Positions 39,144 to 52,808 are shown, counted from the whole stretch's first letter. The stretch is 63,786 bases of DNA, filler included, from Octopus bimaculoides (GCF_001194135.2; 7 parts of 6 records of this genome joined end to end with filler, not necessarily neighbours in it), one strand, 5' to 3'. Program-made: numbers and translations. Notes: generated by a model not told the origin, from the letters alone.

Positions 39144-39913
39144 TATATATACACACATACACACAAAGAGAGAAGATGGGGAGAAAAGAAAGAATGGGGC
39201 AGAGAAAGAACGACAAAGAAAAGAAAGGAAAGTGTATAGTTGAATCAGTAAAAAAGTAAGAGAAACAGAGGAGGAGAGACAGGGAAAGAGAAAGAGAGTG
39301 ATAGAAGGTCTATATAATGAGAGAGAAAGTGAAGGTGGGGGGTAGAAGTTTTATATTGTTCTGCATTTTGTCTGTTGTAAACGCAAGCACGATCAAAATG
39401 TTTAACATAATGAAGCAATAACAAAGATCTATAAATTTATGCATTAAAAGATATATGGATAAATTATTAAATTAAAGTGAAATTAACTTAGCAAATGGCT
39501 GTGGAAGGTACTCTTTTGTTGGATCTATTTAATTTCAGTCACAGTCGCTGTTATTTTGTTTTTCCTATTAGGCTTAAATGTTTATCGGTATTATGAAGGT
39601 AAGCAGGTACACATATCAACAGACGGGAAAATAGATAACGATAGTTACTTAGACAGACAGACAGGTGGTAGACAAGTGAGCATATCGTTATATCAAAAGT
39701 TATGCAAATACAGAAATATATTAATACATATACAAATAGATAGACCGCTGAACTGAAGTGAAATGAAAGAAATGTAAATATTTTGTATCGGAAAATAATT
39801 CGGTCTATGTCGCTGGCTGGACAGCGAACAGTGTGTAGTTTGTTTACATATTTTTAGTTTTTAAAATATCCTTGCTTAACGTATGAGCTTTAATGCAATT
39901 AATTAATGTCTGG

Positions 39914-40698
39914 GATCCTTATGATTTGACGGCCAACATTTTTTTATGTAGTGTTTTTGGTACCGAAACACTTTCAAACTTCGAATACTTGTATATTTTG
40001 TGTTATAGAACAGTTATAGAACAGTTATTTCATGTAAAAAATTGTCGTATTTCGGTAATTTCAACCAATCACTGACGTCTATTGAGGGGAAAACAATTAC
40101 GCCGTGGAATGTAAACAACGGTGTTACGGGATTTTTTCCCTTGAATAAAATTAGTACCGTTGTTTGTCAACAACAACTATCAGCGGTATATATTTCGTTT
40201 GTCACTGTTATTTATGACATCGTTCATGCATTTGTACTGGTTTTAGCTTTAGGGTTTTAGGGTTAGGGTTCGGGTTTTAGAGTTAGGGTTAGTTTTAGGA
40301 TTACGGTTAGAGTTATGATTATTTTTGCCATAACCTTAACCCTAACCCTATAACTCATAACCATAACCCTAACTATAACCCTAACCCCAACCCTAACCCT
40401 AAAACCTTAACCCTAAAACCCGAACCCTAACCCCTTACTAGGGAATAATGATATAATTAAACAAGGAATAACACACTTGACACCGAACAGCACTAACTGT
40501 ATTCAGCTGAATAGACGTCAGTGATTGGTTGAAATTACAGAAATACGACAACTTTAACATGAAATAACTTATTAAGAAGTAATTTTTATTAAGAAGGCTA
40601 AGAGAAAAAGATGTTTTATATGACATATTCTACCAGTATCCCAAGTTTGAAAGTGTTTCGTTAAGAAAACAAGTGTTGGCCGTGAAACCATAAGGATC
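39914..40698. mobile_element. Inverted-repeat element with a central head-to-head telomere-like array
   Basis: Three paired blocks (gatccttatg..acggccaac, cgaaacactttcaaactt, tttcaaccaatcactgacgtctatt) mirrored at the right end; degenerate (TTAGGG)n at about 40243-40320, then (CCCTAA)n at about 40330-40435. Confidence 0.78.
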
Positions 40699-41033
40699 TA
40701 TAGTCTGCTCAATCGAAACATTTGTTTATAAAATACGGACAACGATTGATGACATTAGCTAAAAAAAGAAAGAATGGAAACGATTATTTTTCAAAGAATA
40801 AACATGTGCTACGTGTAAGATGTGTCAGCCTCCAGAATAATTGCATTAAGGTCATTTCAAAACAGATGCACAAGAAGTAATGCACTTTGTATTACCTCAT
40901 ATGACTTCAATCTTCCTTTCCTTTCGAAATGATTTCATTTCCTTATCAATCTCTTCTTCTCTGTGATAATAAATAAGACATGGGTACAGACATTTAACAA
41001 AATTGTAACTAATAATCATTTAATCAATATATA

Positions 41034-41893
41034 CGAGGTCTGATCAATAAGTATTTGGACTGTTACCTTAGTAACGAAGCTTGACCTTGAACTCCGCTGT
41101 GCATGTGCACTAAGTTTTAACGTTCTAGCTCACTTCCGCTGTCTACAGCAGTGCTTGGAAGGAAGGAGTGTAACATGTGATCGTTGCATTGATCATGACA
41201 GAAAGTTGTTATGGTGATGCCTGCTCAGAGGCCTACGCAAAGTTGCAGAAACTGTATGGAGAAGAGCGTATGAACTGCACACAAATGTACAAGTGGCTTA
41301 GATGTTTCCAAGATGGTTGAAAAAATGTCAATATTGACGAACGTTCTAGGAGACCCGCAACCAGTAGAACTGAGAAAAATATCACAAATGTGCATGCAGC
41401 TGTGAGGAGAAATCGTCAAGTCACCATCCGTGAGTTATCAGAGGATGTGCAGATTAGTTACAGTTCATTTCAGTCCATTATCACTGAAGATTTGTATATG
41501 AGACACGTGTCTGTCAAGTTTGTGCCAAAATTGCTTTCAGCTGACCAAAAAGACACTCAGGTTTCAGTTGCACAAGATCTCCTTGATTGTGTCAAGAATG
41601 ATGAAAACTTTTCGAAAACTTTGCATAGGCTTCTAAGCAGGCATCACCAAGCTTTTGGTAAAATTTGATGCAGATTCTCTGCTCAACTTTCTCTGTTGTG
41701 GACAATGTGATGATCACACGCTACACACGTTCCTTCCTAGCACTGCTGTAAACAGCAGAAGTGAGCTAGAATGTTAAAACTTAGTACACATGCACAGCGG
41801 AGTTCAAGGTCAATCTGTGTCAAATGGCTTTACTCTCCATGCTTTAGCTTCATTACTATAGCAACAGTCTGGATACTTATTGATCAGACCATG
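41034..41893 (+). mobile_element. Non-autonomous mariner made of a 5' part plus an inverted copy of the 5' end
   Basis: TIR core GGTCTGATCAATAAGTAT at both ends with TA flanks. N-terminal transposase (...DERSRRP...VKFVPKLLSADQK); about 41620-41893 is an inverted copy of about 41034-41245. Confidence 0.85.
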
Positions 41894-42399
41894 TAGGAAT
41901 AAGTTTTATCTTTTTTTAAATTCATCTTTTATTTCTTTAAACTCTAAAGAACATCATATGTCAAATGTATCAGATGGAGGTCAATAAGCAATACCTTATT
42001 AAATGGCAGAATATCACAAGAAACTTGAAACTGCTTGCTTATGTTCGATATACTAACCATGATTCCAAATGTGATTACTTATGTTGTGGAATTTCCACGG
42101 GTCCTGCTAGTTTTATATAAATATGCTCCCATTTGAAACCATTATTATTATTACTATTATTATATCAAGTTGGCAGAATCGTTATTTTGCCAAACAAAAT
42201 GCTTAGCATTATTTCATCTGGACAAAATGTGCGTGGGACAAGATGCTTTTCAGCATTTCATCCATCTTTACATTCTGAGTTGAAATTCCACCGAGGTCGA
42301 CTTTACTTTCATCCTTTCAGGGTTGATAGAATAGCCATCAGCTGAGCACTGGGATCGATGTAATCGGCTTAACTCCTCCTCCTAAATTTCTGGCCTTCA

Positions 42400-44850
42400 G
42401 CTAAAGTTTAAAACCAATATTATTACAAGACAGCAAGTTGACAAAATCGTTAACATGCCAGGCAAAATGCTTTAGCATTGGCCTTGTGCCTTTAGTAAAA
42501 ATGATTATTTCATCCATCCTAACGTTCTGGATTCATAGTGCATTAATGTCGATTTTGCCTTTCATCCTTTTGGGGCCAATAAAATAAGTGCCAGCAGAAC
42601 ATTTGGGTCAGTGTAATTGACTTAGGCCTATCCCTGAAATTGTTAGCCTTGTGCCAAAATATGAAACCAATTTACATTTAAACTAACAGTATATTCCCAA
42701 AGTGTGTAAGAAGGGGGCATCAAACTTCTAAAACAAATTTTCAAAATAAAAGAATAAAATCAAAATACCATTTCCAGTCTTCTGAATTTTCAAATGTATT
42801 ATGTTCTTGAGCAGACAGAAACCAGCTATGATCAATGAAATTAAAACAGTGACCAAAAGAACAATAGCAGGGGTTTGACTTCCAGAGAGAGATTCTTTAC
42901 CTGGAAAAAATTATGAAAGAGTACTATAATATACTAAATATCATCATGGAGTATTATGAAATGGGAAGGCGATATGTTTGTAGAATCATTGGCATGCCAA
43001 TCAAAATAGTTAGCAGCATTTCACCCGTCGTTACATTCTGATTTCAAATTCGGGGATTGACAAAATAAATAACACTTGAGTAATGATGTTGATATTACTG
43101 GCCTTTGTTAACCCTTTAGTATTTAAACCGGCCATATCCGGCCAAAATATTTAATCTGTTTTATGTTCAAACTGACCAGATCCATGCTCTCACACCTACC
43201 CTACAATATTAATTCTACATTAAGTAGTAACACCATCAAGATCTTGAAGATATGAGATAATGCATGATTAATTCAAATCAGTGTGAATCAATAAGCATTA
43301 TGTTTGATAGAATAATTTGAACACTAAAGAGTTAAAGTTTGAAACCCATATTTAGATTTTATAGATGGTGAGCTGACACACCAGACAAAATTCGTAGTGG
43401 CATTCTGTTTGTTTTTATTTTCTGAGTTCAAATTCTACCGAGGTAAACTTTACATTTCATCCTTTAGGATTCGATAAAATAAGTACCAGCTGAGTACTGC
43501 GGTTCATGTAATCAAGTTGGCCACTCCCCTTAACTTGCTGGCCTTGTGCCAAAAATACAAAACCAATTTACACTTAAACCAACTGTACATAGCAAAAGTA
43601 AGTAGTAATGGATCATCAAGCATCCGAAGCAAAGTTTTTAAATAAGAATAAAATGAAAATACCATTTTCACCTTTTATGCACTTAAAGATAATGACTATA
43701 ATCATCAGAATGAATAGAAGAACAGACACACTGAGAAGGACAATGGCAGTAAGACAAATCCTTGGGACAGAATCTTCACCTGGAAAAGATCATAAAAAAA
43801 AGTACTATGATATGCTAAACATCACAATGAGGTGTTATTACATGGGAAGGCAATGTGTTTGTAGAATCGTTAGCACACCAAGCAAAATAGTGGCATTTCG
43901 TCCATTTTTGTGTCCAAAGTTCAAACTCTGGGGTCGATAAATTAAACAACACTTGAGTGATGGGGTCGAAGTATTCGACTTACTCTCTGCCCTGGTTGTT
44001 GGCCTTGTGTCAAAGTTTGAAATTAATGCTTAGATTTCATAAGACAATGGGCAGGCAGAATTTTTAGTAGAGTGGACAAAATTCTTAGAGGCATTTCGCC
44101 TATGTTTACGTTCTGAGTTCAAATTCTGCTAAGGTCAACTTAAACATTTCATCGTTTCAGGTTCGATAAAATAAGTACCTGCAGAACAGTTGAGTCAGTG
44201 TAATTAACTTAGACTCACCCCAGAACTTGCTGGCCTTGTGCTAAAATATGAAACCAATTTACACTTAAACCAACAGTATATACCCAAAGTAAGTAGCACT
44301 GGGTCATGAAGCTTGTAAAGAAATTATTTAAATAAAAGAATAAAATCGAAATACCATTTCCATTTTTTTGGCACCAAATGATAACAGCTATGGTCATTAT
44401 AATGAATAGAACAGACACACACAGAAGGACTATAGTGGTAGGACAAATCCATGGGTCAGGACCTTCACCTAGAAAAGATCATGAAAGAGGGCTATAATAT
44501 GTTAAATATCATAATGGAGTATTATCACATGGGAAGGTGATGAACTGGTAGAATCATTAGCACTCTGGTGCTTAGTGGCATTTCATCTGTCTATCTTCTG
44601 AGATGAAATTCCACAGACATCGATTCTGCCTTTCAGGGTCAATAAAACACAAATGTTTTGCAACATTTCGTCTGTCTTTACATTCTGAGTTCAAATTTCA
44701 CTAAGGTCTACTTTGCCATTCATTTTCCCCGGGTTGATAAAATATATACCAGTTCAGCACTTGGATTAAAATAGTCAACTTAACCCCTCTCCCAAAATTG
44801 TTGGCTTTTTGCCAAAGCTTGAAATCAATATTTTGATTATCAACTGCTGG
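42400..44850 (+). repeat. Diverged tandem triplication of a ~680-bp SINE-containing unit
   Basis: Anchor aaaccaatttaca.ttaaac at 42664, 43560 and 44251, each followed by the same unique spacer (atacca..., gacaaatcc, atgggaagg) and SINE bodies. Confidence 0.8.
43112..43331. mobile_element. piggyBac-like MITE, copy 4
   Basis: TTAA-CCCTTTAG...CTAAAGAG-TTAA; reverse orientation to copy 2. Confidence 0.75.
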
Positions 44851-45006
44851 GCAAAACGCTTTGTAGCACACACTGTAGAGTGGTTGGTGTTAGGAAAGGT
44901 ATCCAGCCGTAAAACCAAGTCATATCATACTGGAACCTGGTGCAGCAATCCTACTTGCCAGCTCTGGTCAAACCATGCTAACATTAAACAATGATGATGA
45001 CAATGG

Positions 45007-45051
<45 letters not shown>

Positions 45052-46044
45052 CTGCCGATAAGGTAAACCGCACATGCGCGGTAAATTTTGAAAAATTAAC
45101 CATGTAGTGCCTTGTGTTTATATGTTATCTAGGTTATTCTGCTGAAGATAGCTGACCTGGCGAAATATTTTATTTTGCTAAAATAGCTTGAAACCATGGT
45201 ACGGAAAATAGATTGGTAAATGTTTTTATTTTTCATTCCCTTTCGAAATTATCCCTAATTTTGTCCTATTATAGGCATTTCTGTATTTTAAATGAAGTAT
45301 GTATATATATATATATTTATATAGCCATGTAAAGAGTATCACGTAATAAGTGCCACATAAAAAGCACTCACGCTGTGCGACGTAATGAGCACTTGTGCCA
45401 GCACCGTGTGAAAACCACTGATGCCGGCTCCACATAAGCACTCCAAGAAGCACTCGTGCCAACCACATGTAAAAGACACTCGTGCCGGTTCCACGTAAGA
45501 GGCACCTAGCATATTGGAAGGGCATTCAGCCGTAGGAGCTAAGCCAAAACAGACGATCGGAACCTTGCGCACCTCTCCAGTTTACCAGTTCCAGTTAAAC
45601 CATACGACCCATGTCAGCATGGAAAACAGACGCTAAATGATGATGACGATGAAAGAAAATTTAAAAACAACTTTCTAAAGAATTCTTTTAAAATTATGAA
45701 ATTGCTCACTTACATTCAATTTGCAACATTCGGTATTCACTGAATATCTTGGCTAAAGTAAAACTGCAATTCACATTTCCGGAAAACTTGCTAAATTTTA
45801 ACGTACCGACATTGCTAATGGTTTTCCCATCAGAACAGTTGCTTTTAACTGTATCTGTAAATTTCAAATGTTTCTGAGAGAAAAAAAAATATATTGAAAT
45901 GAATTATATAGGTGTAGGCATGGTTGTGTAGTAAGAAGCTTGCTTCACAACGACATTGTACTGCGTCCAGTTCCCCTGTGTGGTACCTTGGGCAGGTTGA
46001 CTTCTAATATAGCCTCGGACCGAAACCTTGTGAGTGGATTTTGT

Positions 46045-46083
<39 letters not shown>

Positions 46084-46878
46084 TTTTATTCTTTTATTTG
46101 TTTCAATCATTTGGCTGCAGCCATGCTGGAGCACCACCTTTAGTCAAACAAATTAACCTCAGGATTTATTCTTTGTAATTATTAGTACTTATCCTATCAG
46201 TCTCTTTTGCTGAACCACTAAGTTATCGGGATGTAAACACACCAACATCGGTTGTCAAGTAATGGTGTGGAGACAAACACAGACACACAAACATACACAC
46301 ACGCGTGCGCGCACGCATACACACACCACACCCATATACGACAGGCTTCTTTCAATTTCCATTTACCAAATCCACTCACNNNNNNNNNNNNNNNNNNNNN
46401 NNNNNNNNNNNNNNNNNNNNNNNNNNNNNNNNNNNNNNNNNNNNNNNNNNNNNNNNNNNNNNNNNNNNNNNNNNNNNNNNNNNNNNNNNNNNNNNNNNNN
46501 NNNNNNNNNNNNNNNNNNNNNNNNNNNNNNNNNNNNNNNNNNNNNNNNNNNNNNNNNNNNNNNNNNNNNNNNNNNNNNNNNNNNNNNNNNNNNNNNNNNN
46601 NNNNNNNNNNNNNNNNNNNNNNNNNNNNNNNNNNNNNNNNNNNNNNNNNNNNNNNNNNNNNNNNNNNNNNNNNNNNNNNNNNNNNNNNNNNNNNNNNNNN
46701 NNNNNNNNNNNNNNNNNNNNNNNNNNNNNNNNNNNNNNNNNNNNNNNNNNNNNNNNNNNNNNNNNNNNNNNNNNNNNNNNNNNNNNNNNNNNNNNNNNNN
46801 NNNNNNNNNNNNNNNNNNNNNNNNNNNNNNNNNNNNNNNNNNNNNNNNNNNNNNNNNNNNNNNNNNNNNNNNNNNNNN

Positions 46879-47250
46879 GTGAATGACAAGGACCTTTTTG
46901 TGTGCACAGTCTGTGACAGACCATGTCTGTCTTTGGCTGGCCTCAAATCTCACCTGCGAACCCATGGAAAACAAACTTCAACCAGCTATTCTGATTATAT
47001 GTCTATGCACACGTTTGAATGTAGCGTGTGCCAGAGGGTTTGCAAATCCAATGGGGGTCTTAAAAGACATGTTAGGATCCACAATGAGCACAACTTACTT
47101 GCAGGTATTGGTAGTGCAAATCAGAGGTGCAATCTGTGTGGCTGTTTTTTCAAAACACTGTCTGGTTTAAAAAGCGACATCAGACGCCATGAACGGGCTA
47201 AGGTGTAGGTGCAGGAGGTGGTCAAACTCTGTGTAAGGAGTAGACAACCA
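46879..47250 (+). mobile_element. Three C2H2-type fingers and a short 3' UTR; probably the C-terminus of an RTE/BovB-like ORF2
   Basis: CTVCDRPCLSLAGLKSHLRTH, CSVCQRVCKSNGGLKRHVRIH and CNLCGCFFKTLSGLKSDIRRH; long non-TGEKP linkers; stop at 47206-47208; upstream sequence lies in a gap. Confidence 0.55.
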
Positions 47251-47762
47251 CCAGAAATTTGGAAACATGCTGTACTGCTTGGAATTTGCACCAGAAGCTC
47301 CAATATGAATATTTCAGAGTGTTTGTGTGTCGATCTGATGACAGTGCAGAGGATTCGGAAAGAGTTAGATGAGTCTAATGGTGATTACAAAGGTACAGCA
47401 GCTCAGAAAACTCACTCTGATCGTTATGGTAAGAAAGGAACTCCCTAATTTGTTGGTGAGATCCAGGCCATGATTGACAACGATCCATCCAAGTCAATCC
47501 GGTCCATCACCAGTGCTATGGGAGTGTCAGAGTTTCTTATCAGACATTCGGTATTCTTCATACAAGATGAGAAAAGGCCAATTTATATCCCAATCTATCA
47601 AGGACAAGAGGTAAGTCTGCTTTTGAATAAACTCAAGCATCCCCTCCAACTGAACATGAGAAAAATTTCTGCCAGGATCAGATGGTGAATACACAGAACA
47701 ACCATTGGCTTACTGTGTCCCCAAAACATGTACTGAGAGTGATAAATATCAAACATCCAGTT
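47250..47762 (+). mobile_element. 5' half of a maT-like element of the 33516-34764 family
   Basis: Direct nucleotide homology from ccagaaatttggaaac to aaacatccag. Confidence 0.85.
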
Positions 47763-48419
47763 AAATTTTCAAAATATTTGAGCAGAACAGAAGAGATTCC
47801 AGGCATCTAAACAGTATAAAAAGGAAATATCCTGAATGAAAAATTTTTTTTTTCCAAAAATGTTTAGCATAAAAAACTAAATCAATACACCAAACTGGAA
47901 AAAAAAAAATTAAACGAATTGAAAACCATGAGTAAAACAGAAAAGACCCCTGTCCCAACATTTCACATGATTTTATTCTTTAAAACTTATCCCAGCTTTC
48001 AAATTCTCTTTCCTGATTGGATAAAAATTGTCAAATTGTAAACCTCTGTAACATTTTCCTCAAATTTTTCTAGAACAAATGAATAACAAAATCAGATTTA
48101 GCATGAAAAATTACATGGATAAACCAAATTTGAAAAATCTCACTTAATTTTAATATTTCAAAAACTGTGAGCCAAACAGAATACATCCACCAAATAGACA
48201 GAAATAAAATAATATTCCATTGACTTACCTTATCATATAGACATTCTATGTGTGTTGGAGGTAAGGAACAAAGTGCCATTACTTTGTATTCGCAGCTTGT
48301 CTGTTTGATTTCAATTTTCGGTTTCACTAAAAATATATTACAAACATTGTTTAAGAGCTGTGAAAAGAGTTGATATGCTTTACGAGTAATATATATTCTT
48401 TCTTTTGTTTTCTCCCACT

Positions 48420-48890
48420 TGTTTCAGCTACAAGACTGCAGCCATAGGGCACCACCTTGTTTTCTTTTTAAACCTGCTGTTCTCCTATTAGTACCTTTTG
48501 TCAAACTGCTAAGTTAAAGGGACATAAACATACCAAAACCAGTGGACAAGCAGTGGCCGGGGACAAACAAACACAGAAACACACACATAGATACACACAT
48601 ACATACACACAAACATACATACATGCCTACATATATACATACATGCCTACATATATACATACACCCCCACCCCACACACACACACATATATATATATATA
48701 TACACACAACAGGCTTCTTTCAGTTTCTGTCTACTAAATCCACTCACAAGGCTTTGGTCAAGTGTCAGAGTTTCTTATCAGGCAGGTAGAGCAGGAAGAC
48801 ATTCGGTATTCTTCAGTAGAAGACACTTGCCAAAGGTTCTACATAGTGGGAAGGACCCAAACTTCTTATCATACCACCACACCACATATG
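48420..48890 (-). mobile_element. tRNA/CORE-like SINE with an inserted transposase snippet
   Basis: Same layout as 56201-56570, but 48761-48815 is maT-derived. Confidence 0.7.
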
Positions 48891-49053
48891 TGCCTATATA
48901 TGCAGACATACATACATATAAATACATATATACATACCCATTCATCCAAAGAATATATACATAAAAGAACTTATTTCTAAAATAAATGACTTCACACATA
49001 GACTTGGATGGAAGGCATTATACTTCACTAAAAAAGCAAAGAACAATTGGTGG

Positions 49054-49084
<31 letters not shown>

Positions 49085-49089
49085 GGTGC

Positions 49090-49161
<72 letters not shown>

Positions 49162-49897
49162 TAGTAATGACATAGAAATATCCCTAGCATAAAAACAAAT
49201 GTACATAATGACATCAATACTAATACCAAACCTATAGGAATTAATGCTAACTATAAGAAAATCTTATATAAAAATATAAATAAGACTAAGAATAAAAATG
49301 AAATTCTTGATAAAAATAATTATAATTATAATATGAATTACAATAATAATAGCAAGGGTAAAGTCGAAGACAAAAATAATAANNNNNNNNNNAAATAACA
49401 CAGCCATATTATTTTTTTTAAAAAAACCTTTAAAAACAGGAATCATCTGAAGCAATTATAATACCTCAATGACAACAGCAAGCTCCATAGACCTCCGGAA
49501 AGCAGCTCATTTTAAGATAGATACACAAGTAAAATTACTAATAGAGAAAAGAAAATAAACTTTGAAAACAGCAACGCCACCATAGGTTAAGTGGAAATGA
49601 TGAACGTGTTTTTAAGGGAGATAATCAAAGAATGTAACATTGTAATACTTTGTGTAAAGTAAATATAACAAATGAAAAGTCCTTCAAGAATCCATAAAAA
49701 TTCATGGATCACTACCAAAATTTCATCATCTGTTTCTTGTGCCATTACCAACTTTTCCTGAAAGTTTCATCAAATACCGTTCACAACTTTTTCAGTTATT
49801 TTGCACACAGACGGACAGACAGACAAATCAACGCCAATGAAAACATAACCTCCTTCCTTAGCAGAAGTAATAAAAATAAATACATACCTAATAAATA

Positions 49898-51030
49898 CAG
49901 GGGTTGGACAAAATAATGGAAACACCTAGCATCATAGCATCATAATTTTGAAATATCTATAAAACCGTCAAAAGCTTGTTTATTTTTATGTTTTTTTTAT
50001 TTATTGCTAGTGTTTTTTAATATGTTTTGCTAAAATTGCTGTTTCTTTTCAGATATTAGAAAAAGGTAATTAAAATTCATTAAAATGACAGATCTATTGG
50101 ACTTTTAAAGAGGTCAAATTATTGGTGCTCATAGCCGAAATGTTTGATGTATCAAGAAGTAATGACAGCCTTTGAGAAAGAGGGAAAATCTCCTCATCAA
50201 AAGATAACTGCGGAAGAAAACTGAAACTTTCAGATAGGGACCACCGGACTCTTGTTAGAAAGGATCATAAAAGTACAGCTCCCAAAATTACTATTCGCCA
50301 GGAGCTGCACAAAGCTGGATTTCATGGGAGGGCTGCAATCAGAAAACCACTACTTTCAAAAACAAACATTGCAAAGTTTTTAGAGTGGAGTAAAAGCCTA
50401 CAGAACTGGTCCCTAGAGTAGTAGAAGAATGTTATTTATTCAGACGAGTCATTCTTTACCTTATTTCCAACCACCGGCTGAGTATACGTGTGGAGACAGC
50501 CAAAAGAAACATTTGACCCAGACTGCCTTCTTCCAACTGTTAAATATGAAGGAGGATCTGTGATGATCTGGGCGGGAGACTATATCTTGGAAATCCAGCG
50601 GCCCAATGGATTCCCTTCATGCTAGAATTAATAGTCAAGACTATTTAAGCATTTTATCTGATCAAATTCATCATATGGTTGCGGAACTGTTTCCGGAGGG
50701 AAACACAATCTTTCAGAATGATAATGTCCCAATTCACACAGCTAAAGTTGTTACTGAATGACATGAGGAACATTCTAGTGAAGTTGAACATCTTATCTGG
50801 CCACCACAGTCCCCAGATCTCAATATTATTGAACATTTATGGTGCATTTTAGAAAAATAAGTAAGGAGTCGATATCCTCCACCATCATCAGTACAAGAAC
50901 TGGAAACTGTTTTAGCTGAAGAATGGGCAAAAATTCCTTTGGAAACAATTCAAACTTTGTATGAGTCCATGCCTCATAGAATTGAAGCTGTAATTACTGC
51001 CAAAGGTGGTCCTACTCCTAACCAAACCTG
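49898..51030 (+). mobile_element. Tc1 (DD34E) transposon relic
   Basis: YSDESFF, GGSVMIW, FQNDNVPIH, WPPQSPDLNIIEHLW and AVITAKGGPT motifs; TA-CAGGGGTTGG left end and a possible remnant ccaaacctg-TA right end. Confidence 0.9.
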
Positions 51031-51760
51031 TAGCTATTTCCTAACTCACTGTAAATAGCACTTATTTAGTTCTACCTGTTTTCGCTTTGGTATATCCTTA
51101 AATTAGATTATTCCTAGATTTCTTTTAGCCATTCACCTCTCTATGAAAGCCTACTTCCAGTTTTGAGAGCTTTATATTTAACTATTTAAATATTTTCATA
51201 AATAAATTTTAATTTAACTTGTTGAATTGATCCATATCTAAGCGCTTATTATCACTTTTATTAGAATATTTTTTATTCCCTTTAATTCCTATTTTTGTAT
51301 TTATTGCAGCATGGGATTTTGTCAGTAAACAGGTTGCTGTTTCAAAGCGATGAAAATATTTTGGCAAATTAAATTTAAATGTTGAAGTGAATCTAACGGT
51401 TTTTGTGTGTTTTTAAATGGTTTATAAACACCTTCCACACAGCAATTGTTTGTGTTTCAGCACACGATCTCAGATCAGGTCACTTGCTGTGCAAGTACAT
51501 CTCCATATTTATTTATGTTAGATACCATATCACTGTACTTGAGCAACTTAACATATTTACGTTCGGGATCTCATCAAACGAACGCTGCATATCTGATACC
51601 TTAAAATTAAATTTCGCCCAATACTTCTTTATCTTTATTAGTCTAGCTCAATATTAATTTTTTAAGGGGTGAAAGGTAATAATTTATATTTCTTTATTCA
51701 TTTATTTATTTTTCTCTCTATATCTATTTTCACTCTTTACTCTATTTTGATTTATTTATT

Positions 51761-52030
51761 TGACTGGCTCTTGTGCGGATGGCACATAAAATACACCATT
51801 TTGAGCGTAGCCATTGCCAGTACCGCCTGACTGGCCTCTGTGCAGGTGACACGTAAAAGCACCCACTACACTTTCTGAGTGATTGGCGTTAGGTAGGGCA
51901 TCCAGCTGTAGAAACTGCCAGATCAGATTGGAGCCTGATGTTGCCATCTGGTTTCACCAGTCCTCAGTCAAACCGTCCAACCCATGCTAGCATGGAAAGC
52001 GGACATTAAACGATGATGATGATGATGATG
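51761..52030 (+). mobile_element. RTE LINE 3' UTR with (GAT)n tail
   Basis: Homologous to 38917-39143. Confidence 0.8.
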
Positions 52031-52775
52031 ATATTTTACTTTATTCATGTTTTTATTTATAATTTTTATGCACCCTAACACTAAGTTAATATTCTTATTG
52101 GTCTTTTAACCATTTCGATATTTACAAATAATAGATTGCCTGAATGTCCTCCACCTTAATTAAATATTAATAGCTATACACACTTGAATTAAAGTCTACA
52201 TACTAATTTTATATTGATTTAATAAGGATAGACATAATATCACAATATGGCATTTTTACCAATTATATCTACTTGAACTTTCTTATACTTAACACTTCAG
52301 ATGAATATATTGTTATATTTTTACTTTACAACTCCAATATACACAACCTTACTCTCCTTCTAAGGTCTCTACCATTTTTATACTGTTCTTTATCCATAAA
52401 TTTTATCAGTTAACAGTTTACAGCTGTTTACTCAACATGCAGGAAATTAACACCTATTTTGTATATCTTTATCTACCTCTGAAGAGATTCGACTTTCAAA
52501 TAATTTTTAATTTAATTAATTAACTTTTTGAAGGTCTGGAATTGAAACAGCTGTAAGGGATGTTTGTCGATTTTTTAATTGATAAATAATAATTTATTAA
52601 TTACCTCTCTATTTTCTCATCTTATTATAATAAATATATATAAACCATAGTTTATATAGTTACCTTGAAGTAGAGTATTAAATGTAATGTTCAATGTTCT
52701 TTGTATAAGTAACTAACCAGTACTTTCATAGAATTTTGCTATCCCTTAATGACGTTGGTAACCTTTATTTGAACT

Positions 52776-52808
<33 letters not shown>

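Noticed and set aside
10356-52030. Recurrent ORF MKPDG.TRLQSDLAEFLQLDALPNANHS in several places
   Set aside because: Antisense translation of the RTE 3' UTR, not a multigene family.
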